Origin: Alkalispirochaeta sp.
GTDB taxonomy: Bacteria > Spirochaetota > Spirochaetia > DSM-27196 > Alkalispirochaetaceae
Direction of reading: 5' to 3'
Length of the DNA stretch: 64,000 nt
Assembly: GCA_965601925.1 (NCBI GenBank)
Contig: OZ271854.1
Location: forward strand, 3,808,001 to 3,872,000
Positions 49,915 to 60,369 of the stretch are shown here, piece after piece (the first letter of the stretch is position 1; each line of letters opens with the position of its first letter). The notes beneath the pieces were generated by a model. The model was not told the origin of the DNA. It did no database searches and saw only the letters and a list, made by a program, of their open reading frames with translations. Both the position numbers and the translations under genes were made by a program.

Positions 49915-50565
49915 ATGTTGACCCTGCCGTGGGATAACCCGGTGTTGCCGGGATTTATCGTATTTGAGGGTATCGACGGCGCGGGAACGACGACGCAGGC
50001 GCAACGCTTGGTCGCCCACCTGGCGACGGCCGAGAGGAGTGCGCAGTTCACCTGTGAACCTACCGATTTTGCTACGGGAGCGACGATCCGTCGTCTCCTT
50101 GCCGGGCCGGAGCACGTTGAACCGTGGACGCTGGCGCTCCTGTACGCCGCCGATCGGCACGAACACGTCGAACGACCCGCGGTGGGAATCCGCGCTCTGC
50201 TCGATCGAGGAATCCGTGTCGTGAGCGACCGATATCTCTTTTCGTCCCTCGCCTATCAAGGTGCGTTTAACGACTTTGCCGCCGTTGAGAAGCTCAACCA
50301 TCACTTTCCCCTTCCCGAACACCTTATATTTATCGACACGCCGCGAGAGGAAGCTTCGAGAAGGCTCTCGTCCCGCTCCAAACGAGATATCCTCGAGCGG
50401 GATGATGTCCAGCAACGGGTCGAAGGGATGTATCGGGAGATCATCGACGATTTCGTCCTGCAATCACCGATACACATACATACGATAGATGGAGGCCAAA
50501 ACCCCGACGGCGTGTTCCGAGACATTTTATATCACCTTCAATGTACCACTGAAACGAAGGAATGA
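49915..50565 (+). CDS. tmk: Thymidylate kinase
   Basis: FEGIDGAGTTTQ, AADRHEH, SDRYLFSSLAYQ. Confidence 0.95.
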   Translation: MLTLPWDNPVLPGFIVFEGIDGAGTTTQAQRLVAHLATAERSAQFTCEPTDFATGATIRRLLAGPEHVEPWTLALLYAADRHEHVERPAVGIRALLDRGIRVVSDRYLFSSLAYQGAFNDFAAVEKLNHHFPLPEHLIFIDTPREEASRRLSSRSKRDILERDDVQQRVEGMYREIIDDFVLQSPIHIHTIDGGQNPDGVFRDILYHLQCTTETKE

Positions 50566-50584
50566 CTCGGTCGATAGTATTGAT

Positions 50585-51202
50585 ATGCGTATCCTCTCTC
50601 CCGGTCGCGCTGCGTGTCTCGCCGGTATACTCATAGTCGCAACGGCCGGTCCGAGCTTTGCGTACCGGCTCACATATCGCGAACAGCTCTACGAGCTGTA
50701 TCACCGCCACTTCGTAATGTATCCCGAGCGCATCGCGGAAAACGTCTACTGGCTCGAGCAGGCGCTACGCAGCGATTTCGCCAATCCGCTCAATGCGCTG
50801 GCGGAGATTCGCGACGAACGGGAGTGGGAGTGGTACCGTTATCTCTTTACGATGCATATCAATCTCAAGCTGGTAGAGTTGTATCTCATGTGGGGTGCCG
50901 AATATACGAAGTTCGAGGCGTACTTTTATAACGCTCCGTGGCAGCGCGAGAATCTGGAGAGCCTCGATCGAGCCGAGGAGTTTTTTCGGTATGCGGTGCG
51001 CTACTGGGAGGCCGCCCAACGGTGGAGTCAAGAAGCCTCATCGATACGATTCGTGCACCTCGAGGAGATTCAACGGTGGGAAGACGATCACCATCGGATC
51101 CGCACGGGCGATCTTGACTACGGGCGCATCATCGAGCGGCAACTCGACCGCGTCGCCGAGGTGCGCGCCGCGTTTCTGGCGATGGACGGGGAAACCTACT
51201 GA
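50585..51202 (+). CDS. Exported helical hypothetical protein
   Basis: Signal peptide ending SFA-Y; aromatic-rich helical body; host-like codon usage. Confidence 0.75.
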   Translation: MRILSPGRAACLAGILIVATAGPSFAYRLTYREQLYELYHRHFVMYPERIAENVYWLEQALRSDFANPLNALAEIRDEREWEWYRYLFTMHINLKLVELYLMWGAEYTKFEAYFYNAPWQRENLESLDRAEEFFRYAVRYWEAAQRWSQEASSIRFVHLEEIQRWEDDHHRIRTGDLDYGRIIERQLDRVAEVRAAFLAMDGETY

Positions 51203-51204
51203 GC

Positions 51205-52230
51205 TTACCGGATCAGCATCGCATCGCCGTATGAAAAGAAGCGATACCGCTGCGTCACCGCCTCGCGATAGCTTTCCAGGATGAACTCCCGATCGGCAAA
51301 GGCGCTCACCAGCGCTACCAAGGTGCTTCCCGGCGTGTGAAAGTTGGTAAAGAGTTGGTCGACGACCCTGAAGGTGAAGCCGGGATAAATGAACAGATCG
51401 GTGCTGCGGTATCCGCTATGGAGCTCCCGTACCGTCTCGTCCCACGCCGATTCCAAAGTACGGACGACCGTCGTTCCGACCGCAATCACCGGATGGCCGG
51501 CACGACGTGCAGAGGTGATCGTTTGCGATACCTCGGGGGAGATATAGAACTCCTCCTCATGCATTCGATGGTCTTCGAGCGTCTCGCTGCGCACCGGAAG
51601 AAAGGTTCCGATTCCCACGTGAAGCGTCACGAAGCGGATCGTCACACCGTGACGCCGTAGATCACCCAGGATTTGCGGCGTGAAATGCAGTCCCGCCGTC
51701 GGTGCGGCGACACTCCCGACCGTTTCGGCGTAGATTGTCTGATAGCGCTCGGCGTCCTCGATCGAGTCCTCGCGATGAATGTACGGCGGAAGCGGCACAT
51801 TGCCGTGTCGATCGAGCCAACGATTGTCCACCGGTGTATCGAAGGTGATCTCGCGGTAGGGGTCCACGACATCGGTTATCTCTCCGGCGACCCCACCGGG
51901 AAAGGTGAACGCCTTTCCAACTCGCAGTCGGCGTGCATTGCGACCGATCGCCAGCCACGAGCGGGCGGAGCGGCGGCGTACCAGCAGAAACTCCTGGCGC
52001 GCGTTCGAATCGGTAGCGATGCCGTACAGCCGCGCTTTGCGTACCCGCGAGTTATTGAACACCATGACGCTCCCCGGCTCCACGAAGTCGCGAATATCGG
52101 CCACGTGGGCGTGGCGACGCGTCGCCTCAGCGCGGTCGAGGACCATCAGACGGCTCGTGCCGCGTTCCGCGGTCGGTTCTTGGGCTACGAGATGTTCGGG
52201 CAGATCAAAAGAGAAATCGCTGGTCCTCAT
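51205..52230 (-). CDS. queA: S-adenosylmethionine:tRNA ribosyltransferase-isomerase
   Basis: [31 protein letters not shown]. Confidence 0.98.
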   Translation of the reverse strand: MRTSDFSFDLPEHLVAQEPTAERGTSRLMVLDRAEATRRHAHVADIRDFVEPGSVMVFNNSRVRKARLYGIATDSNARQEFLLVRRRSARSWLAIGRNARRLRVGKAFTFPGGVAGEITDVVDPYREITFDTPVDNRWLDRHGNVPLPPYIHREDSIEDAERYQTIYAETVGSVAAPTAGLHFTPQILGDLRRHGVTIRFVTLHVGIGTFLPVRSETLEDHRMHEEEFYISPEVSQTITSARRAGHPVIAVGTTVVRTLESAWDETVRELHSGYRSTDLFIYPGFTFRVVDQLFTNFHTPGSTLVALVSAFADREFILESYREAVTQRYRFFSYGDAMLIR

Positions 52231-53257
52231 TCCTCGTTCCTTCCTCGTTCTCGCCTGAAGACGCGGGATTCGGAAGCCCCAGAAGACCGTACGCGCGCTC
52301 GGTAACGATGCGCCCTCGAGCGGTCCGCTGAAGCAGGCCCTGTTGAATCAGAAACGGCTCGTAGAATACCTCGAGCGAGTCGATCTCCTCACCTACGGAG
52401 ATCGCCAAGGTTTCGGCTCCCACCGGACCGCCGCCGTACATCTCGATAATCGTGCGCAGAATCTGGCGATCCTGCTCCTCCAGGCCGTGGACATCGATGT
52501 TGAGACGCGCCATGCCGTCCCGCACGACCTCGATGGTAATCTCACCGTCGCCGATTACCTGGGCGAAGTCGCGCATTCGGCGCAGCAGCCGATTTGCCAC
52601 CCGCGGCGTACCGCGACAGCTATCGGCAAGCAGGGTTACCGCCGCATCGGATATCGGTATTTCGAGGATACGCGCGGAACGGCGGATGATCGCCTCCAGA
52701 TCCTCTCGGCGATAGAAATCGAGGCGCACGGGAATACCGAAACGCGTGTATAGCGGAGATGCGACCATGCCGGGACGCGTTGTCGCCCCCACGAGGGTAA
52801 AGCGCGGTAACGGCACGCGCAGCGTACGCGCCGACGGTCCCTGTCCGATCACCCAATCGATTTCGAAGTCCTCCATCGCAACGTACAACATCTCTTCTAA
52901 TGCGCTCTTCAAGCGATGAATCTCATCGATGAAGAACACCGAGCCCTCCTGGAGGGTCGTAAGAATACCGGCTAGGTCTTTCGGCTTGTCGAGGGCCGGC
53001 GCTGCTGTGACCCGTAGATCCGCGGACATCTCGTGGGCCATAATCGTCGCAAGCGTCGTCTTGCCCAACCCCGGAGGTCCGGAGAGGAACACGTGGTCAA
53101 GAGGCTCGCCACGCTCCCGCGCCGCCCGGATGAATACTTTGAGATTGGATTTGATCTGTTCTTGACCGAGAAAGTCCTCGAGCCGCCGTGGGCGCAGCTG
53201 ATTCTCGAACGAATCGTGGGACTCGTCATATTCGGGGTGAATCGGATGCTCTTCCAC
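52205..53257 (-). CDS. ruvB: Holliday junction branch migration helicase RuvB
   Basis: [36 protein letters not shown]. Confidence 0.99.
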   Translation of the reverse strand: MEEHPIHPEYDESHDSFENQLRPRRLEDFLGQEQIKSNLKVFIRAARERGEPLDHVFLSGPPGLGKTTLATIMAHEMSADLRVTAAPALDKPKDLAGILTTLQEGSVFFIDEIHRLKSALEEMLYVAMEDFEIDWVIGQGPSARTLRVPLPRFTLVGATTRPGMVASPLYTRFGIPVRLDFYRREDLEAIIRRSARILEIPISDAAVTLLADSCRGTPRVANRLLRRMRDFAQVIGDGEITIEVVRDGMARLNIDVHGLEEQDRQILRTIIEMYGGGPVGAETLAISVGEEIDSLEVFYEPFLIQQGLLQRTARGRIVTERAYGLLGLPNPASSGENEEGTRNEDQRFLF

Positions 53258-53270
53258 GTCCTACGCTCCC

Positions 53271-53900
53271 CTATCGCGCACTCAACTCGACGATTGCACG
53301 ACGAAAGAGCTCCCGCTCCCGCGCGTCATCATCGTCCGGCGCGGCGCCGCTCGCGCGATCCCCGTCAATTTCCGGGATCAATCGATCCAGGACCGCCTGC
53401 GCCTCACTCCGGTCGAACCCCATTTCTACCAGCGCGCCCAGAATCTCTTCGTCTCTCGAGGCGGCTCCGGCCGGAGAGGCTCCGTCGCGTTCCACCACAA
53501 GATGTCCTTTGAGTTGAAGGATCATCTTTTGGGCCGTCTTTTTGCCGAGCCCGGGCAGGCGCGTGAGCGCGTCGACGTCTTCGCGGTTGAGGAGCTCGGT
53601 GAGCGCCGCGACGGTGGTTCCCGAAAGAATTTTAAGCGCCTGGCGCGGTCCGATTCCCGAGACCGAGATCAACTCCAAAAAGGCGTTTCGTTCCGCCTGC
53701 GTCCAAAACCCATAGAGGCGCACGAGATCCTCTCGGGAGTGGAGGTACACGAATACACGTTGCTCTTCGTCGCGATGCGCGGCGAGTGCCGCTTGAAAGG
53801 TCGTCGCGCTGACCTCCAGAAGCCACTCGATACCGCCGGTGCGGAACGAAAGATTCGGGAACTGGTGTCCGGATACGACGCCGTACAAGCTATTGAACAC
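53271..53900 (-). CDS. ruvA: Holliday junction binding protein RuvA
   Basis: LYGF, VSGIGPRQAL, LPGLGKKTA HhH motifs. Confidence 0.97.
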   Translation of the reverse strand: MFNSLYGVVSGHQFPNLSFRTGGIEWLLEVSATTFQAALAAHRDEEQRVFVYLHSREDLVRLYGFWTQAERNAFLELISVSGIGPRQALKILSGTTVAALTELLNREDVDALTRLPGLGKKTAQKMILQLKGHLVVERDGASPAGAASRDEEILGALVEMGFDRSEAQAVLDRLIPEIDGDRASGAAPDDDDARERELFRRAIVELSAR

Positions 53901-54378
53901 GCCCTGCATCCTTTTCGTTGTAGCGAGTAATCGCCGTAGCCAATGCGTCGGCGGCGTGATCGGGACGCGGCGGGTCGGCCATACCGAGAATAATGCGAAC
54001 CATCTGGATTACCTGCTCCTTGTCCGCCTGACCGGTGCCGACCACCGCTTGCTTGATCGCCTGAGGTGTGTACTCGCACGTGGGCACCGCAGCCTGCGCC
54101 AACGCTAAGAGCACGACACCTCGCGCCTGGGCTACCGGAATGGCACTCGTGACGTTTTTCGTGAAATAGAGGCTCTCGATTCCGGCCAGATCGGGGTTGT
54201 AGGTACTGACACGGTCCAACACGGCGTCGTATATCTCCCGCAATCTGTCACCCGGAGTGCGGTCCGATCGGGTGCGAATCACTCCGTATTCGACGCACCT
54301 GAATCGCCCGGCATCGACATTGATCACCCCGAATCCCGTGGCGGCGATACCCGGATCGATGCCGAGAACCGTGGACAT
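53890..54378 (-). CDS. ruvC: Holliday junction resolvase RuvC
   Basis: LGIDPG, AQARGV, DHAADALA. Confidence 0.98.
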   Translation of the reverse strand: MSTVLGIDPGIAATGFGVINVDAGRFRCVEYGVIRTRSDRTPGDRLREIYDAVLDRVSTYNPDLAGIESLYFTKNVTSAIPVAQARGVVLLALAQAAVPTCEYTPQAIKQAVVGTGQADKEQVIQMVRIILGMADPPRPDHAADALATAITRYNEKDAGRVQ

Positions 54379-55121
54379 TAACCGTCGATCTCGAAATCGT
54401 CGGGGATTTCGAGATTGGTGGCGACCTCCTGCACATCGTCGTGGTCGTCGAGGAGATCGATGAGACGGAGCGCCTTGCGCGTTCCGTCGGCGTCGAGACT
54501 GACGGTCGTCTCCGGCACGCGTGATACCTCGGCGACAGTGTGCTCATACCCCGCCTCGGAGAGAGAACTCATCACCGCCTCGAACGTTTCCGGCGTCGTC
54601 GTGACCTCGATCGTATCTCCCGATGTCGCGACGTCGTCCGCGCCGGCCTCCAGCGCCGCCTCGAGAATCTCGTCCTCGGCGTAGCGCTCGGCGTCGTAGC
54701 CGATGATTCCCTTGCGGGAGAAGAGATAGGAGACGCACCCGCTCTCACCGAGATTCCCGCCGTTCTTGCTGAAGATGCTGCGAACGTCCGCGGCGGTACG
54801 GTTTTTGTTGTCCGTCAACGCGTCCACCAGTATCGCCACACCGTTGGGGCCGTATCCTTCGTAGCTCAACTCGACGTAGTCCTCGCCGCCGAGTTCGCCG
54901 GTGCCCTTCTTGATCGCCCGTTCCATATTGTCCTTGGGCATGTTGGCGGCTTTGGCTTTGAGCACCGCGGCGCGGAGTCTCGGATTGGCCTCCTCGTCGC
55001 CGCCTCCCATCTTGGCCGCTACGGTTATCTCTTTGATGAGCTTCGAGAAGAGTTTTCCCCTCTTTGCGTCTTGCGCGCCCTTCTTGTGGCGAATTGTCGC
55101 CCATTTACTATGGCCGGACAT
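54378..55121 (-). CDS. yebC: YebC/PmpR-family protein
   Basis: MSGHSKWATIRHKK, YEGYGP, TDNKNRT. Confidence 0.97.
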   Translation of the reverse strand: MSGHSKWATIRHKKGAQDAKRGKLFSKLIKEITVAAKMGGGDEEANPRLRAAVLKAKAANMPKDNMERAIKKGTGELGGEDYVELSYEGYGPNGVAILVDALTDNKNRTAADVRSIFSKNGGNLGESGCVSYLFSRKGIIGYDAERYAEDEILEAALEAGADDVATSGDTIEVTTTPETFEAVMSSLSEAGYEHTVAEVSRVPETTVSLDADGTRKALRLIDLLDDHDDVQEVATNLEIPDDFEIDG

Positions 55122-55156
55122 GCAATCTCCCTTGCCGATGAGAATAGAGTGCCGCG

Positions 55157-55185
55157 AGGCTACCACTTGACCCCACAGCTGTCAA
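55157..55185 (-). promoter_or_regulatory. Putative sigma70 promoter for yebC-ruvCAB-queA
   Basis: TTGACA-17 nt-TAGCCT with TG extension. Confidence 0.6.
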
Positions 55186-55231
55186 GTTGCTTGTACACAG
55201 GCAGTTGCGCGGTTACCTTTCAAGCCCTCGG

Positions 55232-56512
55232 TTACGTGTCGCGCACCGCTCCTTCGCGACCGGACGCGTTCGTCGCCGTCTCGGGCCATCGATATGCGTC
55301 AAGCCCGACGTCCCGTCGATCGAGTTCGACAAAGGCGTCCACCAGAAAGCGGTCGAGGAGCATCGCTCCCCCGTCGGTGAGGGCGAGACGTCCCGCGATC
55401 GGTTCGGTGAGATACCGATCCCATCGCCGAATCGTCTCGGGAATGAGGACGTCCAACGTCCGGTCGAAGACGCGTGCGATCGCATCACGCCGGATTCCGT
55501 CCCGCATTCGAAACCCCATCATCAGATATTCTCCGAGGAGCGCCCGCCGGTCCAGCGATTCGGTCACGATTCCGTAGTCCGGCTTATCGTACTCGTCGAA
55601 ACGGCGCGGCAGATGCAGGTGGCACGCCGTACCGTGCGACGAGTCGGTCCGCGTCGACGGCAGGAGCGCCACGGCGCCCGGTCCCGCGGCGGCCCACGGA
55701 CGCATCTCCCAGTACGCGATGTTGTGACGACCTTCGCACCCCGGGCGAGCAAAGCTCGATATCTCGTACCACCGAAGGCCGGCGTCACTCAGGTGGTCGC
55801 GAGATAGACGGAGGAGCGCGGTGCGATGCTCGTCATCGCTCACGGGAAGCGAGCCCGAACGGTATCTCCGGTACAGACGCGTACCCTCCTCGATTCCTAA
55901 CTCGTACAGTGATACGTGATCGGGCGCAAAGGTCATGAGCGCTCGGATGTCCTCTTTCGCCTCCTTCGGTGTCTGGCCGGGAATCGCCGTAATAAGGTCG
56001 GCGCTCCAACTCCCGCCCCAGCGATCCGCAACGATCGAAAGGCCGCGGTGCGTCGCCTCAACCGTCGTGTGTCGGCCTATTCGCGCAAGAAGCGGCGACT
56101 GCAGGGATTGGATACCTATCGAGAGGCGGTTGACGCCCGCTCCCTCGAGTTCGGCCAGGAGCGCGGGTTCGACATCTTCCGGATTGACCTCAACGGTACA
56201 CTCGAGTGTGTCGCGGTCGTCGTGGGGCGGGCGTATCGCTGCGGTAACGTCGGCGAGCGCCGAGAGCAGCGCCTCGCGCGCTTCCCCGGTAAGGACCGAG
56301 GGCGTTCCCCCGCCGACATAGACGCTTTTCAGCCGTGTCCGAGTCCCGGGAACGGTGCCGACGATGTCGCGAATGTGGTCTACCGTGCGGCGTATAATCG
56401 CGACCTGCCGCTCGGGAGCGACGCCGATGCGAGAGAAAAAATCACAGTAATCGCAGCGAAATCGGCAAAAGGGAACGTGAATATAGAGGTGTGCCGCCGG
56501 ATGCGGCGTCAT
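55232..56512 (-). CDS. hemW: HemN-like radical SAM protein (probable heme chaperone HemW)
   Basis: LYIHVPFCRFRCDYCDF, GGGTPS, YEISSF, HNIAYW. Confidence 0.88.
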   Translation of the reverse strand: MTPHPAAHLYIHVPFCRFRCDYCDFFSRIGVAPERQVAIIRRTVDHIRDIVGTVPGTRTRLKSVYVGGGTPSVLTGEAREALLSALADVTAAIRPPHDDRDTLECTVEVNPEDVEPALLAELEGAGVNRLSIGIQSLQSPLLARIGRHTTVEATHRGLSIVADRWGGSWSADLITAIPGQTPKEAKEDIRALMTFAPDHVSLYELGIEEGTRLYRRYRSGSLPVSDDEHRTALLRLSRDHLSDAGLRWYEISSFARPGCEGRHNIAYWEMRPWAAAGPGAVALLPSTRTDSSHGTACHLHLPRRFDEYDKPDYGIVTESLDRRALLGEYLMMGFRMRDGIRRDAIARVFDRTLDVLIPETIRRWDRYLTEPIAGRLALTDGGAMLLDRFLVDAFVELDRRDVGLDAYRWPETATNASGREGAVRDT

Positions 56513-56570
56513 GTCGGCGGCGTCGAGGCGTAACGCGCCTCGGTGGCGACGCGTACTGACCGAGGGTTCT

Positions 56571-57218
56571 TCACGATTGTCGCTCCCCGTTCGGCAATAG
56601 GAAGCCGTCTTCCAGAAGCTCGACCGGCCGCCGTCGGTCTCGCGGCCATACGATGCGTTCTACTCGACGTCGAATCGAGCGCATCGGAACGGGGCCGGTG
56701 ATTCGGGAATCGATTCTTCCGGAATCGAGGGCGACAAGAAAGACGTATCCTTCGGGAACGGTCGTTTGGCGTTGTTCGTACTCGACGACGGTATGGATGA
56801 TACCGCCCTCGAGTCTATACAGACCACCCTCGCTCGTTCTCACGACGATGCGCGCGTGATCCCATGTGACGCGGTCCCCGGGCAACGCCGCTACGACGCG
56901 CAACACATCGCGGTCATGATAGAGCGGTGCGGTCTCGTCGCCTTGGGTCCCTCCCCATATGCGCCGGGTAACATCCGCAAAGGGAGCGGTTTCGTCGGGG
57001 AACGGGTTACGGGCCATAACAATCGAACCGCGGTATACGCTTCTGCGCGCCGATCGCAGTGTCACGAGATCTCCCGTCTCGAACAACGGCGGCACCGCGC
57101 CTTCCCCGACGGTCGCCACGGTCACACCGAGTAGTCCCCACGCGGCAAACGAAGCGAAGGCCACGAGAAAAAAACGCAACACACGACGAACGCGTCGTCG
57201 CGATGGACGCCTCGCCAT
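56571..57218 (-). CDS. Signal peptidase I (S26) paralogue lacking catalytic residues
   Basis: TM anchor, GD and PGD boxes and DSR..GPVP retained; SxSMxP reads GEGAVPP and the KR box reads LR. Confidence 0.75.
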   Translation of the reverse strand: MARRPSRRRVRRVLRFFLVAFASFAAWGLLGVTVATVGEGAVPPLFETGDLVTLRSARRSVYRGSIVMARNPFPDETAPFADVTRRIWGGTQGDETAPLYHDRDVLRVVAALPGDRVTWDHARIVVRTSEGGLYRLEGGIIHTVVEYEQRQTTVPEGYVFLVALDSGRIDSRITGPVPMRSIRRRVERIVWPRDRRRPVELLEDGFLLPNGERQS

Positions 57219-57225
57219 TACACGG

Positions 57226-58203
57226 TCAGCGGATGGGCCCTACACGCGGTATCGGCCAATAGATGACCATTGCGCGGCCCAACACGTCGTCGACGTGCAC
57301 CGGTCCGAAGTAGCGCCCGTCCCGCGAGTTGTCGCGGTTGTCGCCCAACGGAAAGATACGATTCGCCGGGACGTACCACCCGACGCGCAGAAACTGCATA
57401 CGCTCACGCTGGCGACTCACGTGCGGGCGCGCCGCATACACTACGCTCTGTCTGATGCGGTCCAGCTCGATTGGGTCGCCGAATCCTATGCCGCGCAACC
57501 GTCCTATCGCCTCGGCTTGGCGTTCGGTAAGCGGGAGATCAAGATCCTGGAGCGCCAACGCCTCGGCCGCCTCTTCGATGATGAGATAATCGTCGGCGTC
57601 GAGCATACGTCGCGAACGGTAATCGGCGCCGGTCAGCCGACCGAACTGCTCTTCGGTCATCCACGTGGAGGTACCGGACGGGAGGATCTCAATGTCACCC
57701 CTAATCGAACGAAACCGATCTCCTTCGACGCCGACGGCCCGCTTTATCAACAGTTGTGCGCGAGGTTGGCCCATCTCATCGCGGTCGATATCGATGAGGG
57801 AGAGTGTGAGCATGTAGATCGCCCGTTGGAGAATGGTGAATGTGGTTCCACGACTGATGTAGGACGGATTTTCGAAGATAACGACTTCTCGTTGCTGCGG
57901 GCGGGCAAATCCGGGAAGCTTAGCCACTCCCGGGAGCAACTCGGGGCCGTACACGACCTTGTTGACGAAAATGCGGTCTTCCAACAGCAGCGTTTCGATC
58001 ATGGATCCCGATGGAATCTGATACGCTTGCAGAAGGTACTGGTTGATGACGAGCACCAGAAATGCCGCCTGAAGGAAGGCCTCGATCCAGTCGAGTATCG
58101 GGTGCTTCTGCGATTGCTTGAGACGGCGTCGAGCCTTGCGTCGAATGCGCCATGTGAGAATGCGCTCGGTGATCACCACGAGCGTAGCGCCAATGCGTTG
58201 CAT
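57226..58203 (-). CDS. lepB: Signal peptidase I
   Basis: IPSGSMIETL, LIKRAVG, GDNRDNSRDGRYFG; ATG 58203 preferred because ATG 58263 overlaps the divergent -35. Confidence 0.95.
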   Translation of the reverse strand: MQRIGATLVVITERILTWRIRRKARRRLKQSQKHPILDWIEAFLQAAFLVLVINQYLLQAYQIPSGSMIETLLLEDRIFVNKVVYGPELLPGVAKLPGFARPQQREVVIFENPSYISRGTTFTILQRAIYMLTLSLIDIDRDEMGQPRAQLLIKRAVGVEGDRFRSIRGDIEILPSGTSTWMTEEQFGRLTGADYRSRRMLDADDYLIIEEAAEALALQDLDLPLTERQAEAIGRLRGIGFGDPIELDRIRQSVVYAARPHVSRQRERMQFLRVGWYVPANRIFPLGDNRDNSRDGRYFGPVHVDDVLGRAMVIYWPIPRVGPIR

Positions 58204-58256
58204 GATCCCGAAGGCTACCACCGCTCGAACGGCGATGACAAGGTTGACCCCGCTCG

Positions 58257-58285
58257 TTGACATAAGATAGGGCCGTTTCTATACT
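58257..58285 (+). promoter_or_regulatory. Near-consensus sigma70 promoter for the PEGA/FGE-smpB-IMPase unit
   Basis: TTGACA-17 nt-TATACT. Confidence 0.7.
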
Positions 58286-58298
58286 CCGTATCACCTCT

Positions 58299-59924
58299 AT
58301 GGCCTCTTCGTGGAAAGACATTCAGTCAAAAAAAGAGATCGAAGATCTCGACGTACGTCTTAAGCCGATCTTCGGCATACCTCCGGAACGATACATCGTC
58401 GTCATATGGGCCGCGGCCCTTCTGCTCGCCTCGTTTCTGCTGTTGGTTCTTCCCGGCTTGAGGAACTATGGAACGAAACTGACGGTCACCTCTTCACCCG
58501 AGGGCGCTCAGGTGCTTATCGACGAGCGACGAGTCGGGGCGACACCGGTGGAGGTCTTCGTCGAGGCGGGATCGCGAACGGTGACCGTTTCGCACCCCGG
58601 GCAGTCGGAGGTGCTCTCCCTCGATGTACAGGGACGGCGCATCGCCGGGCTCTTCTTTCAGCGTCGCGATGCCGTCCATGTAGCCCTGGATCGCATCGAT
58701 CACGAAGTCGTCATTCAATCCGCGGTCGCCGACTTCGCCTCGTGGGCGCTCAAGGGGTCTCCAAGCGCGCAGTTTCAGATTCCGCCGGTGGCGCACAATG
58801 CGGCTCGCCTGATATGGGCGGACCGCGCGGCGCGACGCGAGGGAGTTGAGACGCTGTTGGTCGACCTCCTCGCTCACGGAACGGCCGATCAAACCGGAGA
58901 TATGCTGGCGGCGGTCGTACGTACGGCAAATCCGCGCGGTGTGGTATCTCCCCTCTCCCTGAGCGAAGTTGTACATTTTTTTATACAGCTTGATAATGCT
59001 TATCCGACCTTTTTCCACGTCGTCGACGGTTTCGCGGATGCCGACTCGACCTCACGTAGGGCCGTATCCGACAGCGCATGGATGCTACGTCGCGAGGAGG
59101 CGCTCTCTACCGCGATTTTGGCCGCATCGATCGTTCCCGATGAACAGCCGGCTCCGAGTGCTCGATTATCGACGGTCGGTGGGGTGCGTTTCGCACGCGT
59201 TCCCGCCGGTCGATACGTCCTCGGCTATCCCCTTCGCGGCGTTCACGTACACGGCGAGCCGGTTCGCTTCACCGATGAATATTGGATCCAGGATTCCGAA
59301 GTAACGCGCGTTCAATACGCTCGATTTCTTGCGGCGCGTCCGGATTGGGCACCGGCCCGACGCGCATCGCTTATCGCGGACGGTCTCGTGGACCGCCACT
59401 ACCTCGCAGATTGGCCCGAGGACTGGACGACGTGGCTGAACGATCCTACAGTGGACGCGACACAGCCGGTGCGATATGTGAGTTGGTACGCTGCAGAGGC
59501 GTACGCCGAGTGGGTGAACGAGGTTGCGGCTCGCGCAATCGACGAGTTGCTTCCCGGCGCGAGGGCGGTACTTCCTACCGCCGCCCAGTGGGAGTATGCG
59601 GCGTTTCTTAACGGTCTGGGGGCGCCTACGGTAGTCAGCGAAGCTACCTCACCGCGCGGAACGACGGAAGCGGCGTCCGGAGCCCTGGGAGCGTACCATC
59701 TGGTGGGCAATCTCTGGGAGTGGACCGCCGACTGGCACGCGGAGCACCGCGTATTTCACGCCCCCACCTCGGGCGATCAACGCGCCGTTTTCGGCGGTAG
59801 TTTTGCAAACCCGGAAGCGTCGCACTCCGTTGCCGGCGCACAGCCTCCCCTGTGGTCCACGCCGTTTCTAGGATTCCGTCTCGCCCTTACGGGGCCCGAG
59901 TTTGCGGTAGAGTACGATGGCTGA
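58299..59924 (+). CDS. Membrane-anchored PEGA plus FGE-sulfatase (SUMF1/EgtB/PvdO-like) domain protein
   Basis: TM helix, VTSSPEGAQVLID...GATP (PEGA), LPTAAQWEYAA, GNLWEW, LGFRL. Confidence 0.85.
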   Translation: MASSWKDIQSKKEIEDLDVRLKPIFGIPPERYIVVIWAAALLLASFLLLVLPGLRNYGTKLTVTSSPEGAQVLIDERRVGATPVEVFVEAGSRTVTVSHPGQSEVLSLDVQGRRIAGLFFQRRDAVHVALDRIDHEVVIQSAVADFASWALKGSPSAQFQIPPVAHNAARLIWADRAARREGVETLLVDLLAHGTADQTGDMLAAVVRTANPRGVVSPLSLSEVVHFFIQLDNAYPTFFHVVDGFADADSTSRRAVSDSAWMLRREEALSTAILAASIVPDEQPAPSARLSTVGGVRFARVPAGRYVLGYPLRGVHVHGEPVRFTDEYWIQDSEVTRVQYARFLAARPDWAPARRASLIADGLVDRHYLADWPEDWTTWLNDPTVDATQPVRYVSWYAAEAYAEWVNEVAARAIDELLPGARAVLPTAAQWEYAAFLNGLGAPTVVSEATSPRGTTEAASGALGAYHLVGNLWEWTADWHAEHRVFHAPTSGDQRAVFGGSFANPEASHSVAGAQPPLWSTPFLGFRLALTGPEFAVEYDG

Positions 59925-60369
59925 CCGCAAGACGCTGGCGCGTAACAGGCGCGCCTTCCACGAGTATGCGATCGAGGATCGCATCGAGGTCGGTATTGTG
60001 CTCCACGGGACGGAAGTGAAGTCGATGCGTGCCGGACGATTCTCCTTCGCCGACTCTTACGCCAGGATACGGAACGGTGAGCTATGGCTTGTAGCGCTCC
60101 ATATCAACGAGTATAGCCACGGAAATCTCTTTAACCACGAACCGACGAGAGAGCGGAAGTTGCTCTGCCACCGCGACGAGATCGATCGCCTCCGACGCCG
60201 AGTGGAAGAGAAGGGCTTTACTCTCATTCCTTTGGAGTTCTACCTCAAGCAGGGGCTGATTAAGCTCGAGTTGGGCGTCGGCAAGGGGAAGAAACTCTTC
60301 GACAAACGCGAGACGCTCAAAGCGAAGGCGCAGAAGCGCGATATGGACCGCGAGATGAGGGGGCGGTAG
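59917..60369 (+). CDS. smpB: SsrA-binding protein
   Basis: NRRAFHEY, GTEVKSMR, RKLL, GKKLFDKRE. Confidence 0.98.
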   Translation: MADRKTLARNRRAFHEYAIEDRIEVGIVLHGTEVKSMRAGRFSFADSYARIRNGELWLVALHINEYSHGNLFNHEPTRERKLLCHRDEIDRLRRRVEEKGFTLIPLEFYLKQGLIKLELGVGKGKKLFDKRETLKAKAQKRDMDREMRGR

